Virus record (IMG/VR): IMGVR_UViG_3300032259_000010
Coordinates: 1 to 36,473 of that record
Length of the DNA: 36,473 bases
Direction: 5' to 3' (one strand)
Origin: a virus
Lineage: Duplodnaviria > Caudoviricetes
Shown here piece after piece: positions 7,982 through 13,838 of the stretch; within the stretch, counting starts at the first letter, position 1, and every line of letters begins with the position of its first letter. Made by a program: the position numbers and the translations under genes. A model generated the notes under the pieces. The model had not been told where the DNA came from. It made no database searches and was given only the letters and a program-made list of their open reading frames with translations.

Positions 7982-8143
7982 ATGGGAAACGAATACAGCA
8001 ACACAATTGCGGAAATTCTATCTGCCATAGTAGAGGCCAAGACGCTTCCGCGCAGCAGAGAAGCATCCTTGGTTGTAACCAAGTTGGAGGAGGCCTATTT
8101 GTGGGCCAAAGAAGCAGAAGCGGGCAATCTAAAAGAAGAATAA
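7982..8143 (+). CDS. Acb2/Tad1-like helical-hairpin protein, 53 aa (not in the ORF track)
   Basis: MGNEYSNTIAEILSAIVEAKTLPRSREASLVVTKLEEAYLWAKEAEAGNLKEE; the SRE.SL..TKLEEA..W motif; GGTGA RBS. Confidence 0.65.
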   Translation: MGNEYSNTIAEILSAIVEAKTLPRSREASLVVTKLEEAYLWAKEAEAGNLKEE

Positions 8144-8160
8144 AAAACACACAAACAAGA

Positions 8161-8178
8161 GGCCGTCTTCGGGCGGCC
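8161..8178 (+). repeat. Outlying type-A hairpin element
   Basis: ACACACAAACAAGA-GGCCGTC-TTCG-GGCGGCC followed by a G-rich RBS; one G-U pair relative to the other copies. Confidence 0.8.
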
Positions 8179-8190
8179 CAGGGGGATGAT

Positions 8191-8382
8191 ATGGAATATA
8201 TATTACTATTGCTATCAGTTCTGGTAGGATACCTTAACTGGAAATTCATTTGTCTTAACCAGGAAAGCAAGGTGTTAACGAAGCTCCTTGAAGGGTTTGC
8301 AGAAAAACAAGTAAACACAGATAAAGGAGTAAGACGTGGAATATATAATATTAGCATTAATAGCCTTAGGTTGGTTTGCTGA
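8191..8382 (+). CDS. Small membrane-anchored protein (probable true start of track ORF 8101-8382)
   Basis: MEYILLLLSVLVGYLN...; starts after the hairpin and RBS. Confidence 0.6.
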   Translation: MEYILLLLSVLVGYLNWKFICLNQESKVLTKLLEGFAEKQVNTDKGVRRGIYNISINSLRLVC

Positions 8383-8686
8383 CTGGCTAGGGTACCTGAA
8401 CATAAAGTCGAAACTTGGCAAGCTAGAAAAAAGAACAGCATGGAATAGAGATGGTATTGAAGGTTTACGGTCAGACCAGAACCACGCCGACAGGAGGCTT
8501 GATACGGCTACAGTATCAGGCGACCAAGAGCTACACCTGATACATCAAAATATTGCCAAGCACAAAAAGAGGCTCAATTATCTCAATCGCCGCCTGAACC
8601 GCGAGCTTAACGGCAAGGGGGTTAAGGCTCTTGCGGGAAAGATTGAGCAACTCGAAAAATACATAAGGATGATAAGAGAGAGGTAG
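8336..8686 (+). CDS. Membrane-anchored coiled-coil protein
   Basis: GTG start, AAGGAG RBS; MEYIILALIALGWFADWLGYLN resembles the N-terminus of the upstream gene. Confidence 0.7.
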   Translation: MEYIILALIALGWFADWLGYLNIKSKLGKLEKRTAWNRDGIEGLRSDQNHADRRLDTATVSGDQELHLIHQNIAKHKKRLNYLNRRLNRELNGKGVKALAGKIEQLEKYIRMIRER

Positions 8687-8703
8687 GCACCGAGGACTAT
8701 AAC

Positions 8704-8729
8704 ACCCGTCTTCGGTACGGGTTTGATTT
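8704..8729 (+). terminator. UUCG hairpin, possible terminator
   Basis: ACCCGTC-TTCG-G(T)ACGGGT followed by TTGATTT. Confidence 0.5.
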
Positions 8730-8802
8730 AGAATAAAAAGAATAGTCTGAAAATGTGGAAAATTTCAGACTATCAACAACAACTTTACAGGAGAAAAAAA
8801 GA

Positions 8803-9291
8803 ATGACAACAGGAATAAACCTAAAGAAGGCAAGGGAAAACCTAGGATTTTCCGTTAAAGAGGTAAGTGCAATGGTAGGACTATCCCAATTGTACATACG
8901 TGAAATAGAGAAAGATGAAAGGAAAGTAAGAGAAAAAACATTAGCAAAGCTTTGCGATGCGTACAGGGTGCGTACTGAAGATATTTTAATAGAAGGAGTT
9001 ATCGTAACCCTAGGAAAGGGAGACGGGGTTGCCAGAGAATGGAAGGTCTTGATAGAGCAAGGCCGTGGAAAGGTCTTTGTCAAAATACCAATAAGACCCC
9101 ACGACACCACAGGAAACGCGGTCAACCTGGAGCCTATGCACACAGAGGCTCAGATAAGCAACAAGGCCTTGGTTAAACACATGACCAAGGAGTACAGGTC
9201 TCTCAAGTCATCAAAGTACAAACTTGGGAGTGCCGCCCAAATGCTAATGGTAACGATTTCAGCTTGTCTCTACGGGACAAGTTATTCTTAG
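8803..9291 (+). CDS. XRE/Cro-CI-family helix-turn-helix regulator
   Basis: NLKKARENLGFSVKEVSAMVGLSQLYIREIE...TLAKLCDAY; ATG at 8803 has an AGGAG RBS. Confidence 0.85.
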   Translation: MTTGINLKKARENLGFSVKEVSAMVGLSQLYIREIEKDERKVREKTLAKLCDAYRVRTEDILIEGVIVTLGKGDGVAREWKVLIEQGRGKVFVKIPIRPHDTTGNAVNLEPMHTEAQISNKALVKHMTKEYRSLKSSKYKLGSAAQMLMVTISACLYGTSYS

Positions 9292-9316
9292 CAAGAAAAA
9301 GTATTTTTTGTTTTGC

Positions 9317-9346
9317 TTTACTATGTGAAACATACTAGTATATAAT
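9317..9346 (+). promoter_or_regulatory. Probable sigma70-like promoter of the replication operon
   Basis: TTTACT-18 nt-TATAAT in an AT-rich intergenic gap. Confidence 0.5.
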
Positions 9347-9375
9347 AATCCTTATATAAACAAGGAGGTGATAAC

Positions 9376-9555
9376 TTGAGCTTTTTGAATACTAGAGACG
9401 CGGCAAGGCTCTTGGGGATGAAAGAAAATACCTTAAGAGTTATGGCGCAAAAAGGGAAGATTCCAGGATACAAGATGGGTAGTACCAGTCAGTCCACCTG
9501 GAGATTTAAAAAAGAAGAGTTGCTTGGTTTCATGGAAAACAATAGAAACAACTAA
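9376..9555 (+). CDS. Excisionase-like HTH_17 DNA-binding protein, 59 aa (not in the ORF track)
   Basis: MSFLNTRDAARLLGMKENTLRVMAQKGKIPGYKMG...WRFKKEEL; TTG start with AAGGAGGT RBS. Confidence 0.85.
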   Translation: MSFLNTRDAARLLGMKENTLRVMAQKGKIPGYKMGSTSQSTWRFKKEELLGFMENNRNN

Positions 9556-9566
9556 AGGAGAAGGTT

Positions 9567-10739
9567 GTGCATAGAGGATGGGTTAAATCTTGGAGGAAGG
9601 CACTTGACCATCCGCTTTATTCAAGGCCGTTAGTTTGGCACTATTTCAACTACTGTCTTCTAAAGGCCAATCACAAGCAAGGAAAGATAGAGTTTGGAGG
9701 GAAAGAAATAGTAATCGAGAGAGGCAGCTTTATAACCGGAAGAAAGGAGGCAGCCATAGAAACCGGCCTATCAGAGCAAAACATACGTACAGCAGTAAAA
9801 AAACTAGAGTGTTTTGGTCTTATTAAAAAATCAACCAGCAAATCAACCAGCAAATACTCTTATATAACTGTATGTAATTACGATATTTACCAAGACACAG
9901 AAACGGGAGGTAACCATCAAAGTAACCAGCAAGTAACCAGCAATCAACCAGCAATCAACCAGCAATCAACCACAAACAAGAATGTTAATAATTATAAAGA
10001 ACAACAAGAAATAAGGGAGAGTACCCCCCTTACCCCCCACGGGGGGGAATGCACAACGGAAGGAGATGAGAGTGGAAGAGAACACGGTCAAGACGCAGAT
10101 AGCAAGGTTGACAAAAAATGGGCACACACAGGAAGAAGCCGAAGCAGCGATAAAGATAATATCGCTACTTGTTCTTATCGGGATACCGAAAGAAGTAATG
10201 GGATTAGTTCTGGCGGCAACCAAAAGAGACCGCATGGTCAAAATATGGAAGAGCTTCAAGGAGAAAATGAAAGAAGCGAACATAGAAATTTAACCCAACC
10301 AATAGAAGAATCCAATCCCAGCGACTCACAGTTGGCGGGAGTTGACATAATAAGGAAGAGCGACGGACAGAGGGAAATCTTCGACCACTGGAACAGCAAA
10401 AGGATAATCGTCCACAAAAGCATAGCCCCTTTCAAACCCTGTATAAGCGCAAGATTGGAAGAGGGGTACACGGTGGAGGAAATTAAGGGGGCTATAGATA
10501 ATTACGCCTTCGTGCTTAACAGCCATGATTATGTTTGGTCGTACAGGGGGTGGTCGTTAAAACTGTTTCTGACCAGAGCGGGAAACCTTGACCGGTTCAT
10601 GACGGAAAATAAGCCGCTGGAAGTATTACCAAAGAAAGGAGGTGATAACGATAGACAATATAAAGGCAATAGTCGAAAGAGTGGTGGCAGATGTAAAAAG
10701 CCGCCCCTCCAAAGCGCCTTGCCTGCCGAAATGCCCTAA
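9567..10739 (+). CDS. Phage replication initiator (lambda O / DnaD-like)
   Basis: GWVKSWRK...CLLKANH...RGSFITGRKEAAIETGLSEQNIRT N-terminus; internal iterons; C-terminal EIFDHWN...EEIKGAIDNY domain; upstream of a DnaC-like gene. Confidence 0.85.
   Translation: MHRGWVKSWRKALDHPLYSRPLVWHYFNYCLLKANHKQGKIEFGGKEIVIERGSFITGRKEAAIETGLSEQNIRTAVKKLECFGLIKKSTSKSTSKYSYITVCNYDIYQDTETGGNHQSNQQVTSNQPAINQQSTTNKNVNNYKEQQEIRESTPLTPHGGECTTEGDESGREHGQDADSKVDKKWAHTGRSRSSDKDNIATCSYRDTERSNGISSGGNQKRPHGQNMEELQGENERSEHRNLTQPIEESNPSDSQLAGVDIIRKSDGQREIFDHWNSKRIIVHKSIAPFKPCISARLEEGYTVEEIKGAIDNYAFVLNSHDYVWSYRGWSLKLFLTRAGNLDRFMTENKPLEVLPKKGGDNDRQYKGNSRKSGGRCKKPPLQSALPAEMP
9828..10010 (+). repeat. Putative replication origin (iterons plus AT-rich tract) inside the initiator gene
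   Basis: About 8 copies of (TC/GT)AACCAGCAA, two of them imperfect, at 9831-9853 and 9910-9975, followed by AATGTTAATAATTATAAAG. Confidence 0.75.
10072..10293 (+). CDS. Nested (overprinted) helical protein in the +1 frame of the initiator
   Basis: AGGAG 6 nt before the GTG at 10072 (in-frame ATG at 10066); amphipathic helical sequence, while the host frame reads as a polar linker. Confidence 0.5.
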   Translation: MEENTVKTQIARLTKNGHTQEEAEAAIKIISLLVLIGIPKEVMGLVLAATKRDRMVKIWKSFKEKMKEANIEI

Positions 10740-11370
10740 ATGCGATGATACAGGGTGGAAATATTTAAACGGCGGACGAGTGAGGCGCTGTGGGTGCATA
10801 TATGAGAATAGAAAGCGCCTCAAGCTCTCTGTGATTCCAGAGAGCAGAGAGAATGCAACCCTGAAAAACTATATCACAACTCCAGTGGAGATATGGAGTG
10901 ATGTAAAAAACAAGATGGTTCCTGTGACGTTCCCTGGTCACTTCGATATCAGGAACAGTTATTTTCTTTTCGGCCCACCAAAGAAGGGGAAGACCCACTT
11001 GTTATGGTCACAGTACAGGGCCATGACGGAAGAAGGGATATTCAAAACCTATATTGAGCGGGAGTTCTCGTTATTAAGAAAAATGCAAGAGCAGAGCTAT
11101 GAGGGGGTGAAGCACTTTAATCTTGACCAAAAGGGCCTACATTTCTTTATTGATGAGTTCGCGGACTCTGAAATATCGGACGATAAAGGAATGCATATGT
11201 TTGCCTTACTAGACCGGCTCCATGAGAGCAGAGCCGGATTAACAGTGACCTCTAATTGGTCACTAAAAGAAATAAACGAGAAAAAGATGTTCGGAGACCG
11301 AACAGAGAAAATTACGTGGCGCATTAAAGACTTGTGTCATATTGTAAGGTTTGGCGGTACCGAACGCTGA
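10642..11370 (+). CDS. DnaC/IstB-like AAA+ helicase loader
   Basis: CPKC..TGW...CGC zinc motif, GPPKKGKT, FFIDEF, TVTSN and RIK sensor; GGAGG RBS. Confidence 0.85.
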   Translation: MITIDNIKAIVERVVADVKSRPSKAPCLPKCPKCDDTGWKYLNGGRVRRCGCIYENRKRLKLSVIPESRENATLKNYITTPVEIWSDVKNKMVPVTFPGHFDIRNSYFLFGPPKKGKTHLLWSQYRAMTEEGIFKTYIEREFSLLRKMQEQSYEGVKHFNLDQKGLHFFIDEFADSEISDDKGMHMFALLDRLHESRAGLTVTSNWSLKEINEKKMFGDRTEKITWRIKDLCHIVRFGGTER

Positions 11371-11396
11371 CCAATAACACCAACCAGAAGCCCGTA

Positions 11397-11716
11397 ACCG
11401 CCCCAAATTTGAACGAACGGGGCGCGGGGTATAGCTAAGTATAGGAGAGGGAGAAAAATCAATGAAAAACACGAACCAGACACCCCGTATCACCTGGATG
11501 AGCGACGGAAAAAACAAGAATTACATCCTCTTCTTGAACTGTGGAGACTTGGTAATTCCTGTGGCCGCTGTTGATTATTATAACGGGCTATACAACCTGG
11601 AGGTTAATGAGAACCTTTTGTTTGTTGACAGTACAAGCGGGGAGTGGACAACTTTACCAACCCTGATAACCCCGTCTTTCAAGAGCATCAAGGATGTAAG
11701 CGACTACGTGACAGAG
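11397..11716 (+). repeat. Direct repeat copy 1 (leader hairpin plus gene)
   Basis: Closely matches 12457-12782, including CGCCCC...GGGGCG and the GGAGAGGGAG RBS. Confidence 0.92.
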
Positions 11717-11785
11717 CTTTTTGGTGTGGAAAGTGTTTTACCGCTGTTTTCAGCGAAGTATACGGTGGTGCTGCAGGAGGGGTAA
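11462..11785 (+). CDS. Hypothetical protein, paralog 1
   Basis: Near-identical to 12528-12848 except for the C-terminus. Confidence 0.75.
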   Translation: MKNTNQTPRITWMSDGKNKNYILFLNCGDLVIPVAAVDYYNGLYNLEVNENLLFVDSTSGEWTTLPTLITPSFKSIKDVSDYVTELFGVESVLPLFSAKYTVVLQEG

Positions 11786-11788
11786 CAC

Positions 11789-11893
11789 ATGTCCGTAAAG
11801 TATGAACCTGTGACCTGGATAGAACTTAAAGCTGATGTATATGCGGGTGAGATTAACAGAAGGATTGATAAGGGGCAAGAATATGAAACTTAA
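11789..11893 (+). CDS. Possible 34-aa peptide
   Basis: MSVKYEPVTWIELKADVYAGEINRRIDKGQEYET; GGAGG RBS; fills the gap between coupled genes. Confidence 0.35.
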   Translation: MSVKYEPVTWIELKADVYAGEINRRIDKGQEYET

Positions 11894-12233
11894 AAACCTG
11901 GTCGTCTCGCTTGAGACAGCGAAGAAACTGAAAGAGGCGGGATTCTCGCAGGATACCGTATTTAGTTGGGATGATCCCAGCGAAACAGATAGCGATTACG
12001 ATACGTATTTTTTGGAGAAAAGAGAAAAGCTGGAAAGCGCTCAGTGCGACAGCGAAACGCTTTTTGCCGCCCCAACACTGGAAGAGCTTTTAAGTCAGCT
12101 ACCGAGTAATTGCTGCGAGGCCGATACAGAGCTAGATATGCACGGAGGCAAAGTGTGGTGCTCCGGGTACGGGCATACTGGCATGGGCGTGCTTGAAGCT
12201 ACCGTCAACGCCGGGCTGAGAATTGCGCCCTGA
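11883..12233 (+). CDS. Phage hypothetical protein
   Basis: VSLETAKKLKEAGF...AAPTLEELL..LP pattern; probable start is the ATG at 11883. Confidence 0.7.
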   Translation: MKLKNLVVSLETAKKLKEAGFSQDTVFSWDDPSETDSDYDTYFLEKREKLESAQCDSETLFAAPTLEELLSQLPSNCCEADTELDMHGGKVWCSGYGHTGMGVLEATVNAGLRIAP

Positions 12234-12266
12234 TGGGAGTATACAGAAAACTTAAGGAGGCCGTGA

Positions 12267-12410
12267 ATGGAATATAAGCAACTCCGCCAATTGCGAGAAG
12301 CGGTAACGATAATCAACCTTGCTCATGAGCTGCAAGCCAAGGAGTTAAAACGCCTGAATGACTTAATTAAAGAGCTAGAAGGCGAGTCACCAAAAACAAC
12401 GGAGGGATAA
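12267..12410 (+). CDS. 47-aa coiled-coil peptide (not in the ORF track)
   Basis: AAGGAGG RBS; MEYKQLRQLREAVTIINLAHELQAKELKRLNDLIKELEG. Confidence 0.55.
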   Translation: MEYKQLRQLREAVTIINLAHELQAKELKRLNDLIKELEGESPKTTEG

Positions 12411-12456
12411 GGTGGAACAATTTACTTACAATTGTAGGCAATTCAGAATCCAAAGC

Positions 12457-12782
12457 ACCGCCCCAAATTTGAACGAACGGGGCGCGGGGTATAGCCTAGC
12501 CTAGGTATAGGAGAGGGAGAAAAACCAATGGAAAACACGAACCAGACACCATGTATCACCTGGATGGGCGACGGAGAAAACAAGAACTACATCCTCTTCT
12601 TGAACTGTGGAGACTTGGTAATTCCAATAGCCGCTGTTGATTATTATAACGGGCTATACAACCTGGAGGTTAACGATAACCTTTTGTTTGTTGACAGTAC
12701 AAGCGGGGAGTGGTCACCTGTACCAACCCTGATAACCCCGTCTTTCAGGAATATCAAGGATGTAAGCGGCTACGTGACAGAG
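12457..12782 (+). repeat. Direct repeat copy 2
   Basis: Matches 11397-11716. Confidence 0.92.
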
Positions 12783-12848
12783 ATTACAGGCGTGAAGGTC
12801 TTTTATAGGTCAAGAGCAGCTAAACTACAGGAGCCAAAGGAGGGCTAG
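12528..12848 (+). CDS. Hypothetical protein, paralog 2
   Basis: Paralog of 11462-11785. Confidence 0.75.
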   Translation: MENTNQTPCITWMGDGENKNYILFLNCGDLVIPIAAVDYYNGLYNLEVNDNLLFVDSTSGEWSPVPTLITPSFRNIKDVSGYVTEITGVKVFYRSRAAKLQEPKEG

Positions 12849-12851
12849 GCT

Positions 12852-13316
12852 ATGGAACCAGAATTTAAGTATAAGTGCGAACAATTCAATATACAAAGCA
12901 CAGTCCCGCTTAATTGCGGAAAAAGTCGGAATTGCTGGCGGGTGTGCGACAAAAGGAATGTGAAAAACAGGGATATTGTATTCCCTGTAAAATCCTTTTT
13001 TGCAGAAAAAGGCAAGAAGACTTCTGTGCTTGTTAATACCGAGCAGATTATAAGTCTTGACGCGATAAGAAAAAAACGGGGTGGCATTGCCAGATGCTAC
13101 ATGCTGTACGAGATTGTGAAAGCCTTTTCCGAGCTTCCCAAGGAACAAAGGCAAGATGCAATAGCCATTGTCCCTTGGGAAGAGGTGAAAAACAAGGAAA
13201 ATAACAATATAAGCATTACCCCGAGAACCGCAAATATTATCAAAAAAGACCCAGAAAGCAACCGGCAGATGGGGAAGTATTTGACAGCCGCGATTATGGC
13301 GTTTGAGGGGGATTAA
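12852..13316 (+). CDS. Hypothetical protein, possibly with tandem RHH-like motifs
   Basis: AGGAGG RBS; KKTSVLV..helix..helix and NNISIT..helix..helix patterns (weak). Confidence 0.6.
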   Translation: MEPEFKYKCEQFNIQSTVPLNCGKSRNCWRVCDKRNVKNRDIVFPVKSFFAEKGKKTSVLVNTEQIISLDAIRKKRGGIARCYMLYEIVKAFSELPKEQRQDAIAIVPWEEVKNKENNNISITPRTANIIKKDPESNRQMGKYLTAAIMAFEGD

Positions 13317-13365
13317 ATGATAAAAAGATGGAATACCTTCTTATTATTTCAAAAAAGGAGTAGAT

Positions 13366-13788
13366 ATGGCAGATTTTAATAAAGTTATTTTGGTAGGCAA
13401 TCTAACCCGTGACCCTGAGTTGAAATATACACAAGGCGGCACGGCAGTGTGTCAACTGGGCCTGGCTGTAAATCGTAAATACAGGGTCAATAACGAGCAG
13501 AAGGAGGAAATCTGTTTTGTTGATATTACCGTTTGGGGTAAGCAGGGTGAGAACTGCAAGCAGTATCTTGCAAAAGGCCGTCCAGCACTTGTAGAGGGAA
13601 GGCTCCAATACAGGACATGGGAGGGTTCAGACGGACAAAAACGCTCAAAACTTGATGTAGTGGCCGAGAGTGTGACGTTCTTGCCCCGTGCACAACAACA
13701 AGGCGGACGCACAGAAAACGGCGGCAAGTCTGCCGGTATGGACTCTAACGAACCGCCTTTTCCAAGTGGTGACGACATACCGTTCTAG
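13366..13788 (+). CDS. ssb: Single-stranded DNA-binding protein
   Basis: NKVILVGNLTRDPELKY, LAKGRPALVEGRLQ and C-terminal DDIPF. Confidence 0.97.
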   Translation: MADFNKVILVGNLTRDPELKYTQGGTAVCQLGLAVNRKYRVNNEQKEEICFVDITVWGKQGENCKQYLAKGRPALVEGRLQYRTWEGSDGQKRSKLDVVAESVTFLPRAQQQGGRTENGGKSAGMDSNEPPFPSGDDIPF

Positions 13789-13804
13789 GGGGATGTGCGA
13801 AAGG

Positions 13805-13838
13805 AGACCGTCGGTATTGTATGTACCGGCGGTCTTTT
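13805..13838 (+). terminator. Intrinsic terminator at the early/late convergence
   Basis: AGACCGTCGGTA-7 nt-TACCGGCGGTCT-TTT. Confidence 0.75.
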
